From Clostridiales bacterium (lineage in GTDB: Bacteria > Bacillota > Clostridia > Oscillospirales > Oscillospiraceae), in assembly GCA_012838665.1 (NCBI GenBank), contig DUOX01000015.1:29133-93132 (forward strand): a stretch of 64,000 bases of DNA, written 5' to 3'. The notes beneath the pieces are model-generated. The model had not been told where the DNA came from. It ran no database searches and saw nothing but the letters and a program-made list of their open reading frames with translations. This document shows positions 18,514 to 27,368 of this stretch, piece after piece. How positions within the stretch are numbered: the stretch's first letter is position 1; every line of letters starts with the position of its first letter. The position numbers and the translations under genes were made by a program.

Positions 18514-19767
18514 ATGAAAATACTGGTAGTTGGCTCCGGCGGCAGGGAACACACCATAGTTCATGCCCTGAGTAAAAGCCCCGGGGCGACGCAGCTTTAC
18601 TGCGCTCCCGGAAACGGGGGGATTGCCGGCCTGGCCCGGTGTGTACCCATTAAGGCCACCGATATTCCGGCCATGGTGGACTTTGCCCTTCAGGAGAAAA
18701 TCGATTTGGTCGTGGTGGCGCCCGATGACCCTCTGGCCCTGGGCATGGTGGACGCTCTGGAGGCCGCCGGCGTCCGGGCCTTTGGCCCCCGGGCGAATGC
18801 CGCCATAATCGAGAGCAGCAAGGCCTTTGCCAAGAATCTTATGAAGAAATACAGCATACCCACGGCGCAGTACGAGATTTTCAGCGACTACGACGCCGCC
18901 CTAGCGTACATCCATTCAAAGGGCGCCCCCATAGTGGTAAAAGCCGACGGCCTTGCTCTAGGTAAAGGCGTGGTGGTGGCCCAGACCGTTGAAGAAGCCG
19001 AGGAGGCCCTCCGCTCCATGATGATGGATAAAAGTTTTGGTGAGTCCGGCTCCACCGTTGTTATCGAGGAATTCATGACCGGCCCCGAGGTGACGGTCCT
19101 CTGCTTCACCGATGGGAAGACCATAAAGCCCATGCTTTCCTCTCAGGACCACAAGAGGGCTTACGACAACGACCGGGGCCCCAACACGGGAGGCATGGGC
19201 GCCTTCTGTCCCAGCCCCAAGTTCACGCCGGAGATTGCCGCCTGGTGCATGGACAACATTTTCCGCCCCACGGTGGAGGCCATGAACGCCGAGGGGCGTC
19301 CCTTCAAGGGCGTGCTTTACTTCGGCCTGATGCTGACCCCCCAGGATCCCAGAGTTGTGGAATACAACGCCCGTTTTGGAGACCCGGAAACCCAGCCCAT
19401 CCTCTCCATGCTGGAGACGGACCTGCTGGAGATTTTCGAGGCGGTAATTGACGAAAAGCTGGCGGACATAGACATCAAATGGAAGCCCGGCGCGGCCTGC
19501 TGCGTGGTGCTGGCTAGCGGCGGCTATCCAGTAAAATACCAGACCGGCTATGAAATTAGCGGTCTGGCTGATGTTCCCGATGATATTATTGTTTATCACG
19601 CCGGCACAAAGCTGGAAAACGGTAAATACTACACCAGCGGCGGCAGGGTGCTGGGCGTTACCGCCGTGGCGGAGGACCTGCCCGGGGCTGTAGCCCGCGC
19701 CTATGCCGGAGTGGGAAGGATAAGCTTTACGGACATGCATTACAGAAAGGATATCGGCGCAAAATAG
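18514..19767 (+). CDS. purD: Phosphoribosylamine--glycine ligase
   Basis: 417-aa ORF with MKILVVGSGGREH, APGNGG and an ATP-grasp core. Confidence 0.95.
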   Translation: MKILVVGSGGREHTIVHALSKSPGATQLYCAPGNGGIAGLARCVPIKATDIPAMVDFALQEKIDLVVVAPDDPLALGMVDALEAAGVRAFGPRANAAIIESSKAFAKNLMKKYSIPTAQYEIFSDYDAALAYIHSKGAPIVVKADGLALGKGVVVAQTVEEAEEALRSMMMDKSFGESGSTVVIEEFMTGPEVTVLCFTDGKTIKPMLSSQDHKRAYDNDRGPNTGGMGAFCPSPKFTPEIAAWCMDNIFRPTVEAMNAEGRPFKGVLYFGLMLTPQDPRVVEYNARFGDPETQPILSMLETDLLEIFEAVIDEKLADIDIKWKPGAACCVVLASGGYPVKYQTGYEISGLADVPDDIIVYHAGTKLENGKYYTSGGRVLGVTAVAEDLPGAVARAYAGVGRISFTDMHYRKDIGAK

Positions 19768-19768
19768 G

Positions 19769-20536
19769 CTACTTGTCCTCCAGCGAGGCGGTAGATTGAT
19801 ATATCTTCTTGCCCCATTGGGGCTCCGGAATCTGCTGTCCGAATACCACGTTATAATACTTGGAGCCCGCCACATGGATGTGTGCCATGGCCACACCCGT
19901 GTCTATGCACTGCATGTATGACAAAACCGGGATTTTAAATGGCACGTATTTGCGGAAGATATGTATCTTGTTCCCCCGGGACAGGAGGAATACGGGCTGG
20001 CTGTTAACGGAGGAGGGGGCCAGCCTTACAGCCTCGGCAATCTCTCCCTTTGGGCCGGAAAAGTCCCCTATGGTCATCCTGTTTAAGGGCTTACGCCTTA
20101 TCCCATCCAAATCCGTGCGCCAGGGCTCGTCCGCATATCCAAAGGCCACGGAGGCCACATAGGGCAAGGTGTCCGGAAAATCCGCCGTTACCCTGATGCT
20201 GCCCAGCCAGCAGGAGCCAAGGCCCTTGGAGCAAAGCCACAGGGCGGCCATTTCGCCTATGTATCCGGAATTTTGCAGGGAAAAGTTCTTACGCTCCGCC
20301 CTGAGCACCAGATAATAGGGGGCTTTTACCCCCGGCTCTATGGCCGCTATGCTCACCATATCGGTATAGGGCAGGGTGTCGAAATTCCAGTCTATGCCCC
20401 CCTGAGGAGGCTCCAGCTGGGAGAGAAAATCTACCAGTTCTTCAATCAGTTCCTCTGTCACCGGCTTGTCGTTATACTGGCGGATGCTCCTACGCCGGGG
20501 TATATAATCAAGTCCATAGATGAATCCTCTCGTCAA
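19769..20536 (-). CDS. Nitroreductase-family protein
   Basis: 255-aa ORF with RRSIRQY near the N-terminus and APSSVNSQP, both typical of nitroreductase-fold proteins. Confidence 0.7.
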   Translation of the reverse strand: MTRGFIYGLDYIPRRRSIRQYNDKPVTEELIEELVDFLSQLEPPQGGIDWNFDTLPYTDMVSIAAIEPGVKAPYYLVLRAERKNFSLQNSGYIGEMAALWLCSKGLGSCWLGSIRVTADFPDTLPYVASVAFGYADEPWRTDLDGIRRKPLNRMTIGDFSGPKGEIAEAVRLAPSSVNSQPVFLLSRGNKIHIFRKYVPFKIPVLSYMQCIDTGVAMAHIHVAGSKYYNVVFGQQIPEPQWGKKIYQSTASLEDK

Positions 20537-20608
20537 ACAATAAAGGGACAGGCCTGCTGTCAGCCGGGTTTTCCGGCCGCTTCACAGGGCTGCCCCTTTT
20601 TAGTTCAA

Positions 20609-22048
20609 TTAGTATGCGACTCCCCAGTATACCATGGTCTTGGCAGGTTTGTCGCAGACGACGCACTTATCCCCCAGATTCTCCTGCTCAAAGGGTATGC
20701 ACCTGGAGGAAACTCCGGCCCGCTCCTTCATGGCAAGCTCGCATTCCGTATCGCCGCACCACATGGTCTTTACGAAACCGCCCTTGGTTTCGATTATCTC
20801 CTTAACCTCCTCTACGGTAGAGGCGGTAAAGGTGTGGGTCTCCATGTTCTTCTTGGCCTTTCCAAACATGCCCTTATGCACTACGTCCAGAAGCTGGGGT
20901 ACGCGCTCCTCCAGCTCCTCCAGGGCCACGGTCAGCTTCTCGCCGTTGTCCCGGCGTACCGCCACGCACTGGTTGTTTTCTATGTCCCTGGGGCCAATCT
21001 CAATCCTGAGGGGCACGCCTTTCATCTCATACTCCGCAAATTTCCATCCGGGGCTGTTGTCCGAAAAGTCGGCCTTAACCCTGATTCCCGCAGCCTTCAG
21101 GCGCTCCACAAGCTCCCGGGCCCTTTCGGAAACCCCCGCCTTGTGCTGGGCTATGGGGATAACAATTACCTGAATGGGAGCAATTCTGGGAGGCAGCACC
21201 AAACCGTTGTTGTCGCCGTGGGTCATAATTATGCCCCCAATAATGCGGGTGGAAAGGCCCCACGAGGTCTGGTGAGGGCAAACCTGCTGGTTGTTTTTGT
21301 CCGTATAGGTGATATTAAAGGCTCTGGCAAAACCGTCCCCGAAATAGTGGCTGGTTCCGCTTTGGAGGGCCTTGGTGTCATGCATCATGCACTCTATTGT
21401 ATAGGTATACTCCGCTCCGGCGAATTTTTCCTTTTCCGTCTTTACACCCCGGACAACGGGCATTGCAAGGACGTTTTCGCACAGGTCGGCGTATACCTCA
21501 AGCTGCTGCTCGGTCTCGGCCATGGCCTCCTCCGCCGTTGCGTGCAGGGTGTGGCCCTCCTGCCAGAGGAATTCCCTGTGGCGCAGGAAAGGCCGTGTTG
21601 TCTTTTCCCAGCGCAGAACGCTGCACCACTGATTATACAGCTTGGGCAGGTCACGCCAGGATTGCACCACCTTGCTCCAGTGGTCGCAAAAGAGGGTCTC
21701 GGAGGTGGGACGGACGCACATTTTCTCCTCCAGTTCTTCGCTGCCCCCCATGGTAACCCAGGCGCATTCGGGGGCAAAGCCCTCCACATGGTCAGCCTCC
21801 TTCTGAAGCAGGGATTCCGGAATGAGCATGGGCATATATACGTTCTCGTGCCCCGCCTCCTTAAAGCGGCGGTCCAGTTCCGTTTGTATGTTTTCCCAGA
21901 TGGCGTAACCGTAAGGTCGTAAAATAAAAAAGCCCTTGACGCTGGAATACTCTATAAGCTCTGCCTTCTTGCAGACGTCAGTATACCACTTGGCAAAATC
22001 AACCTCCATATCGGTGATTTGCTCAACCTGCTTCTTCTCATTAGCCAT
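20609..22048 (-). CDS. proS: Proline--tRNA ligase (archaeal/eukaryote-like class IIa type)
   Basis: 479-aa ORF with N-terminal [32 protein letters not shown] and a C-terminal zinc-binding-like CGDTECE..C..C segment. Confidence 0.95.
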   Translation of the reverse strand: MANEKKQVEQITDMEVDFAKWYTDVCKKAELIEYSSVKGFFILRPYGYAIWENIQTELDRRFKEAGHENVYMPMLIPESLLQKEADHVEGFAPECAWVTMGGSEELEEKMCVRPTSETLFCDHWSKVVQSWRDLPKLYNQWCSVLRWEKTTRPFLRHREFLWQEGHTLHATAEEAMAETEQQLEVYADLCENVLAMPVVRGVKTEKEKFAGAEYTYTIECMMHDTKALQSGTSHYFGDGFARAFNITYTDKNNQQVCPHQTSWGLSTRIIGGIIMTHGDNNGLVLPPRIAPIQVIVIPIAQHKAGVSERARELVERLKAAGIRVKADFSDNSPGWKFAEYEMKGVPLRIEIGPRDIENNQCVAVRRDNGEKLTVALEELEERVPQLLDVVHKGMFGKAKKNMETHTFTASTVEEVKEIIETKGGFVKTMWCGDTECELAMKERAGVSSRCIPFEQENLGDKCVVCDKPAKTMVYWGVAY

Positions 22049-22172
22049 CCTAATCTCTCCTTATCGTTCACGGGCAATTCTGAGACACCCCGATACTTAC
22101 TTTTTAATGACTTAAGATATAATCAGTTTTCGCGAGGCGGACCAATGCATAGGCCTGCCCTTTAACCATGTT

Positions 22173-22201
22173 ATTTTATTTGATACAATCAGCCTTGTCA
22201 A
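22173..22201 (-). promoter_or_regulatory. Putative sigma-A promoter of proS
   Basis: On the minus strand: TTGACA (22196-22201), 17-nt spacer, TAAAAT (22173-22178). This leaves a leader of about 115 nt. Confidence 0.55.
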
Positions 22202-22267
22202 GCACAAACAAGGCCCGGCTCCTATATAATGTAATTGATAACAGTTGCAGGGAGCTGAAACGCTTTT

Positions 22268-22579
22268 ATGAGTACATATTCCAAAATTTATTTTCGCCCG
22301 GCAAAAGGAGAGCAGATAGAAACGGTGATTAAGCTGGCTCAGGATGAGCGCTGCGCCATATGCGGCCGGGTCCTTGATGAAAAGGGCAAGCCGGTAGCCG
22401 ATGCCCTTATACTGCTGTTCCGGGTGCAAGACGGAGACAAGCTGCAGCTTATATCTCGATTCTGCACCGATGAGGACGGATATTTTGTGTTCGGGCCCCT
22501 GGATGGCGAGGTTTTGTACCTGATCAAGATATTTAAGGGGGATATAAAGCTGCGGGAACTTGAGATAAAAACCGAATAA
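22268..22579 (+). CDS. Small carboxypeptidase-regulatory-like (prealbumin-fold) domain protein
   Basis: 103-aa ORF. ICGRVLDEKGKPVADALILLF....TDEDGYFVFGPL fits the CarboxypepD_reg pattern. Confidence 0.5.
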   Translation: MSTYSKIYFRPAKGEQIETVIKLAQDERCAICGRVLDEKGKPVADALILLFRVQDGDKLQLISRFCTDEDGYFVFGPLDGEVLYLIKIFKGDIKLRELEIKTE

Positions 22580-22592
22580 ATATAAAAAAACA

Positions 22593-22621
22593 TTGACCGG
22601 CCTTATATTTCGACATATAAT
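22593..22621 (+). promoter_or_regulatory. Putative sigma-A promoter upstream of the DUF1700 gene
   Basis: TTGACC (22593-22598), 17-nt spacer, TATAAT (22616-22621). It overlaps an ACCGGCC/GGCCGGT inverted repeat. Confidence 0.55.
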
Positions 22622-22673
22622 ATGGCCGGTTAGTTTTATTCGGAGGTGAGATCAAACGGATAGGCGCCAATTT

Positions 22674-23387
22674 ATGATTGAGCTGAAAAATTATCTTTCA
22701 ATTATGGAGCCCAAGGACAGAGAGACAGCCCTATCTCGTTATGAAGCCATATTTGATGAAGCCGGGGAGGAAAAAGAGGACGAGGTCATAGCCCGCCTTG
22801 GCTCTCCTGCAAAGGTGGCCATAGCCATCAAGCGTGAATTCGAAGGTCGGGTTCCTGCTCCAGCGGATACACAGCCTGTTCCAGAAGGCACAGGGGATGA
22901 AAGCTCCGGATCAGCTCTTGAAGATGAGAACAGTCCAGAAGAAGATGTTTCCTCAACCGCACCGGAGGTTGACGAAGCCGAAAAAGAGGTTCAGGCAGAG
23001 AATACCCAGGAATCGCCCGATACCTCTTTAGGTCAGCCCGCTCCCGAAAAGCGCCTTAGACCGCTGCTTCTGGTCCTGTATATAATCCCTGCCGTCATAA
23101 TCGGAATTCCCCTTGTAGCCCTGGCCCTGGCATTGTCTGTAGCCCTTTTTGCCGCCGGCGTGGCGGCGCTTGGAGGCGGCGTACAGGTATTCATCCTGGG
23201 CTTTTCTGTGGTGGGGCTGATTTCAGATTCCCTCCTTCTGTTCGGCGCCGGTTTGGTAATCTTTGCAGTCGGCCTTGTTCTGGCCTGGTTTGCCATATGG
23301 CTTTGCGGCAGCTCCCTGAGGGGCATAGTCGGGGGTATATTTTCCCTTGGCCGACGCGCCTGTTATAAGGAGGTGCGGTCTGCATGA
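22674..23387 (+). CDS. DUF1700 (HAAS-type) membrane protein
   Basis: 237-aa ORF. The N-terminal helical domain (NYLS..P..RE..L..YE..F.EAGEE.EDEVIARLGSP..VA) is followed by an acidic linker and a multi-TM C-terminus. No PadR gene lies directly upstream. Confidence 0.7.
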   Translation: MIELKNYLSIMEPKDRETALSRYEAIFDEAGEEKEDEVIARLGSPAKVAIAIKREFEGRVPAPADTQPVPEGTGDESSGSALEDENSPEEDVSSTAPEVDEAEKEVQAENTQESPDTSLGQPAPEKRLRPLLLVLYIIPAVIIGIPLVALALALSVALFAAGVAALGGGVQVFILGFSVVGLISDSLLLFGAGLVIFAVGLVLAWFAIWLCGSSLRGIVGGIFSLGRRACYKEVRSA

Positions 23388-23563
23388 AGAAAATTTGGAA
23401 GGTAACCCTTATAGTCTCGCTGATTCTGTTTGTATCGGGCTGTGCCATCATGGGGGTGGCCACCCTTACCGGTGGCAGTTTTAGCCGGCTGTACGACACC
23501 GTTTTTTCCGAATTGGATATTATGGCAAGAATTGACGAACTGATAGGCTATTTCTCGTGGTAG
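23384..23563 (+). CDS. 59-aa small membrane protein (absent from the ORF track)
   Basis: ATGA start/stop overlap with the DUF1700 gene. The sequence MKKIWKVTLIVSLILFVSGCAIMGVATL... has one TM segment. It sits where a longer DUF4097-type partner is usually found. Confidence 0.45.
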   Translation: MKKIWKVTLIVSLILFVSGCAIMGVATLTGGSFSRLYDTVFSELDIMARIDELIGYFSW

Positions 23564-23595
23564 TGGCGATATTTTTCGTTAATTAAAAAGCGCAA

Positions 23596-23645
23596 GGGCG
23601 GATTTCCCGCAACACTAGGGCGGTAAATCCGCCCTTTTTTATTTT
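23596..23645. terminator. Bidirectional rho-independent terminator
   Basis: Stem GGGCGGATTT (23596-23605) / AAATCCGCCC (23625-23634), followed by TTTTTTATTTT on the + strand and by a T-rich tract on the minus strand. Confidence 0.75.
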
Positions 23646-23986
23646 CTAATCAGTTCGCTTGCCCCCACCACCATCAAAAAGACCCCGAATATCTTTTTCA
23701 GCAGTGTGGTTTCAATTGCCGTGGCCAGAAGGGCGGCGGCCAGGGTGGAAACAGACCCTGCCGCAATAGCCGGCAACGCCACCTTTTTATCCACAAGTCC
23801 GTTTTTTATGTGGGATACCAGCGCGGCGGCGGAGCAGGGCAGAAAATAAATAAGATTAATGCCCTGGGCAGCCTTTTGGCCCATGCCGGCAAAGGACACC
23901 AGATAAATCATCAGCAGGGTTCCACCGCCAACGCCGAAGCCGGAGAGCACACCGGTGAGAAAACCCACAAGGGCGGCTATAACCAT
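23639..23986 (-). CDS. TauE/SafE-family half-size membrane protein (C-terminal-repeat equivalent)
   Basis: 115-aa ORF with GFLTGVLSGFGVGGGTLLMIYL. It has its own GGAG/GAGG SD and overlaps the upstream half-gene by 10 nt. Confidence 0.75.
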   Translation of the reverse strand: MVIAALVGFLTGVLSGFGVGGGTLLMIYLVSFAGMGQKAAQGINLIYFLPCSAAALVSHIKNGLVDKKVALPAIAAGSVSTLAAALLATAIETTLLKKIFGVFLMVVGASELIRK

Positions 23987-24354
23987 ATGGACCTCACTCC
24001 CCCGTATATTATAAGCAGGGCCAATGCCCGCCGTAGCAGCTTTGTGGGTATCTTTACAAAGACGCGCCCCGCCACTATCCCCCCCAAAAGCCCTCCCAAC
24101 AGATAGGGCAGGGCGGCCATCAAATCGATGTCCGCCCTAAACAGATATACAGCCGCAGAGACAGCGCAGAGAGGAAGAATAACGCTGACACAGGTGGCAA
24201 AGGCCCTGCGCTCGTCCACCTTGGCCCAACGGGTAAGCAGGGGGATTAAAAGCATACCCCCTCCGCCTCCGAAAAAGCCGTTAATCAGGCCGGCACAGGC
24301 CCCCGAGAGGGCATATTTCAGCTTCTGACTCAAACATCTTCCTCCCTTTTCCAC
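23977..24354 (-). CDS. TauE/SafE-family half-size membrane protein (N-terminal-repeat equivalent)
   Basis: 125-aa ORF with GLINGFFGGGGGMLLIPLL. Its start overlaps the end of ytvI by 25 nt. Confidence 0.75.
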   Translation of the reverse strand: MEKGGRCLSQKLKYALSGACAGLINGFFGGGGGMLLIPLLTRWAKVDERRAFATCVSVILPLCAVSAAVYLFRADIDLMAALPYLLGGLLGGIVAGRVFVKIPTKLLRRALALLIIYGGVRSIWL

Positions 24355-25439
24355 AGGCGTATTATGCCCCTATCGTTTAGCTGCTTAACCATAACCGCCA
24401 AAATGGGGAAAAGCAGCATGCCCCAGATTCCGGAGGCGCAGAAGCCCACATATACAGCCACCAGGGCAACCACCGGGTGCAGCCCGAGGCTGTCCCCAAG
24501 AAGCTTGGGCTGTATGCAGTTTCGCACAAGGGTTATGGCCAAATACGTTATAAGGAGGCCCAAACCCAAAGGATAATTGCCTGTCAGAAACTCATAGATA
24601 AGCCAGGGTATCAGAACAGTACCCGTCCCAAGGACAGGCAGGGCGTCTATAAGGGCAATGGCCGCGGACAGGATTATGGCATAATCCTGCTTCAGGAGAG
24701 TAAAGGCTACAAGGAGCTCGCAAAATGTTATAAGTATCAGTATTAGCTGGGCTTTCAGCCAATTGCCCAGGCTGAAACTGAAGTCACTGTGAATAAGGCT
24801 TGCCCTCCCCTGCCAGTTTTGGGGTATCTGCCGCTTAATAAAGCTCAATATGGAGGGATAAGAGGCGGAGATGAAATAAACCCCTATCCCGCAGCTGACG
24901 GCAAAGAGAAGTACTGCGGGCGTTCTGCCCGCAAAACCGGAAACAAAACTCAATAGCTCACTGGAAAGTTTCCCAGGCAGTTCAGAAAGCTGCCTGTTGA
25001 GGGAATCCAGTACGGTCTGGAGGTATTTCCCGGTATATTCGGGGGAAGAATCAATTAATCCCAAAGCCTTTTCCTTTAACCCGTCCAGGGTCGCTGCCAA
25101 ATTGGCAAACAGCCCCGAAAGGTTCCCTGCAAACTTGCCCAGCTCCGCAATGCCCCTGCCTATAACCAAAACCAGCAGCCACCCTACGGAAAATACCAGG
25201 GCTATGGTGCACATGCCCGAGGCCAGCGAACGGGGCCATTTATGCCTGCACAGGAACCTCACAGCCGGCTCCAGCAGGGCCGCCAGCGCAAAAGCTATTA
25301 TAAAGGGCGCCATTACAGGCAGTAGATAGCGCAGGCATATCCAGGCAGCTGCCACGGCTAACATCACATAAAGCAGGATTAATAGGGTATGCGGCAGCTT
25401 TGTATACAAGTTTTCCACCTCTCCAAACGGATTTTTCAT
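24330..25439 (-). CDS. ytvI: AI-2E/PerM-family transporter, sporulation integral membrane protein YtvI-like
   Basis: 369-aa polytopic ORF with a YtvI-like N-terminus and the conserved C-terminal region GDSLGLHPVVALVAVYVG. Confidence 0.8.
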   Translation of the reverse strand: MKNPFGEVENLYTKLPHTLLILLYVMLAVAAAWICLRYLLPVMAPFIIAFALAALLEPAVRFLCRHKWPRSLASGMCTIALVFSVGWLLVLVIGRGIAELGKFAGNLSGLFANLAATLDGLKEKALGLIDSSPEYTGKYLQTVLDSLNRQLSELPGKLSSELLSFVSGFAGRTPAVLLFAVSCGIGVYFISASYPSILSFIKRQIPQNWQGRASLIHSDFSFSLGNWLKAQLILILITFCELLVAFTLLKQDYAIILSAAIALIDALPVLGTGTVLIPWLIYEFLTGNYPLGLGLLITYLAITLVRNCIQPKLLGDSLGLHPVVALVAVYVGFCASGIWGMLLFPILAVMVKQLNDRGIIRLWKREEDV

Positions 25440-25523
25440 GAATTTGACGGTTGTAAAACCGCATCCTCTATGTTAATATCTTATTCATCACAGAAAAACA
25501 AATGGCTTTGATAGGAGGACACT

Positions 25524-25973
25524 TTGATGCCGAGCGGCACCAAACCCAAATACTATTTGGTGGAAGCCGACATGCTCCCCGAGGTTTTTATCAAGGTGAT
25601 GAAGGCCAAAGAGCTTTTGGAAACCGGCGAGGTTTCCACCGTGGCCAAGGCAGTGGAAAAGGTGGGCATCAGCCGGAGCGCCTATTACAAATACAAGGAT
25701 TCCATAACCCCTTTCCAGGACCTTAGCCGAGGACATATTGTCACATTTAACGTAATACTCAGGGACAGGATGGGAGTCCTTTCCTCCGTCCTTGCTATTT
25801 TTGCCGAGTCGGGGGCAAATATTCTGACTATCAATCAAAGTTTGCCAATTAACGGCACCGCCATAGTCACGATTACGGCAGAAACCTCTGGAATGAATAT
25901 AAGCCCGGAGGAGTTTTTCGAAAAGACAAAGTCTGTCTCCGGCGTCATAAAGATTGAGGTTCTGGCCGGATAG
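25524..25973 (+). CDS. UPF0735 ACT-domain protein (PheB-like)
   Basis: 149-aa ORF with an N-terminal HTH-like segment (VAKAVEKVGISRSAYYKYKD) and a C-terminal ACT domain. It lies upstream of hom. Confidence 0.85.
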   Translation: MMPSGTKPKYYLVEADMLPEVFIKVMKAKELLETGEVSTVAKAVEKVGISRSAYYKYKDSITPFQDLSRGHIVTFNVILRDRMGVLSSVLAIFAESGANILTINQSLPINGTAIVTITAETSGMNISPEEFFEKTKSVSGVIKIEVLAG

Positions 25974-26055
25974 CAGGATGGCGGAGCCTTTGTATAAAAA
26001 TAACGGCCCAGTATAAACAGGCTTTGTTTATAACACGGCATGGAGGGCAATATAA

Positions 26056-27267
26056 ATGGTTAAGATAGCAATATTGGGCTTTGGCACTGTGGGTAGTGGG
26101 GTGGCTGAAGTTATTGAGGAAAACGCCGATAGTATTGCGCGCAGAGCAGCAAACGAGATTGGCGTAAAGTATATTCTGAAGCGCAAACAGCTCCCGGACA
26201 GCCCCTTTGCAGATAAAATAATTCATGATTTTTCCATCATCGAAAAGGACCCGGAAATCCAGGTTATGGTGGAGTGCATAGGTGGCCTGGATGCGGCCTA
26301 CGACTACACCAAGCGGTGTTTAATGGCAGGTAAAAGCGTTGTCACTTCCAACAAGGAGCTGGTGGCCACAAAGGGCCATGAGCTTATTGCCATCGCCAAG
26401 GAGAAGAACGTAAACTATCTTTTCGAGGCCAGCGTGGGAGGGGGCATACCCATAATCCGCCCAATAACCCAGTGCCTAGCTGCAAATGAGATAGACGAAA
26501 TTTATGGAATATTAAACGGCACTACCAATTATATTCTCACTAAGATGATTCAATTCGGCGCCAGCTTTGAGCAGGCCTTAAAACAGGCCCGGGATAACGG
26601 TTTTGCCGAAAAAGATCCCACCGACGATATTGAGGGGCATGACAGCTGCCGGAAAATCTGCATACTCTCGGCTCTTTGTTTCGGCCGCCATGTATATCCC
26701 CATCAGGTTCCCACACGGGGCATTTCCGGCGTAACCCGTTCAGATGTGGAATATGCCCGGCATCTGGGGTACAAGATAAAGCTTTTGGGCAGGGCGCTGA
26801 GAACCGGAAAGGATACAATTACGGCCTATGTGGCCCCCCACCTCATCAACAAGACCAGCCTGCTGTCAAATGTGGACGGCGTAATGAACGGTATAGTGGT
26901 TCACGGAAACGCGATTGGCGAGGCCATATTCTATGGAGCAGGGGCCGGCAAGCTGCCCACGGCCAGCGCCGTTGTGGCAGATGTCATAGACGCCGTAAAG
27001 CATTTTAAAGCCCGAAAATACCTGGACTGGGAGGACAGCGTACCCGGTTATGTCACCGACTCCGATGAACTTCCCTCCCGCTGGTATGTCCGCACCGGAG
27101 CCTCCCTTGAGGAAATCGGCAGGGCCTTCGGGAACGTGAAGTTTATCAGCTACCCGGAGGCGGACCCCGGCGAATATGCCTTTGCCACACGGGAGATGAC
27201 GGGCCACCAGCTTAAGAGCCTCATTAATGGCATGGAAGTTCGCTCTGTCTTTAGAATTTTAGATTGA
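26056..27267 (+). CDS. hom: Homoserine dehydrogenase
   Basis: 403-aa ORF with ILGFGTVGSGV (Rossmann), NKELVA, GGGIPII and a C-terminal ACT-like domain. Confidence 0.95.
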   Translation: MVKIAILGFGTVGSGVAEVIEENADSIARRAANEIGVKYILKRKQLPDSPFADKIIHDFSIIEKDPEIQVMVECIGGLDAAYDYTKRCLMAGKSVVTSNKELVATKGHELIAIAKEKNVNYLFEASVGGGIPIIRPITQCLAANEIDEIYGILNGTTNYILTKMIQFGASFEQALKQARDNGFAEKDPTDDIEGHDSCRKICILSALCFGRHVYPHQVPTRGISGVTRSDVEYARHLGYKIKLLGRALRTGKDTITAYVAPHLINKTSLLSNVDGVMNGIVVHGNAIGEAIFYGAGAGKLPTASAVVADVIDAVKHFKARKYLDWEDSVPGYVTDSDELPSRWYVRTGASLEEIGRAFGNVKFISYPEADPGEYAFATREMTGHQLKSLINGMEVRSVFRILD

Positions 27268-27368
27268 CCCGCAGGCTCTTATGCGAGTATTATAAACTAA
27301 GCACCAATCCCGTTGCGGGAGGCGTTCCCTTATACGCAAACCCTACATATCTGGAGGATAACTAACTT

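Noticed and set aside
20273-21922. Very long ORFs antisense to clear genes. Examples: 549 aa opposite proS, 7011-8204 opposite the amidohydrolase, 383-1300 opposite the lyase, 14529-15509 opposite purE/purM, 18958-19896 opposite purD, and 33514-34356 opposite rplA.
   Set aside because: Their products are Gly/Arg/Ala/His-rich and low in complexity, with no motifs or SD sequences. They lie exactly opposite ORFs with strong family signatures. This is the typical frame artefact of fairly GC-rich coding DNA.
22049-22267. Possible T-box leader upstream of proS. The minus strand contains TGGTCCGCCTCGCG, vaguely like the T-box GGTGGTACCGCG.
   Set aside because: The predicted promoter leaves only about 115 nt of leader. 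There is no specifier-loop/AGAGA stem I architecture and no terminator/antiterminator pair. The match to the T-box sequence itself is poor.
27268-27368. Lysine (L-box) riboswitch or other leader upstream of aspartate kinase.
   Set aside because: The intergenic region is only about 100 nt, too short for an L-box as I recall its size. No conserved L-box blocks were recognised.
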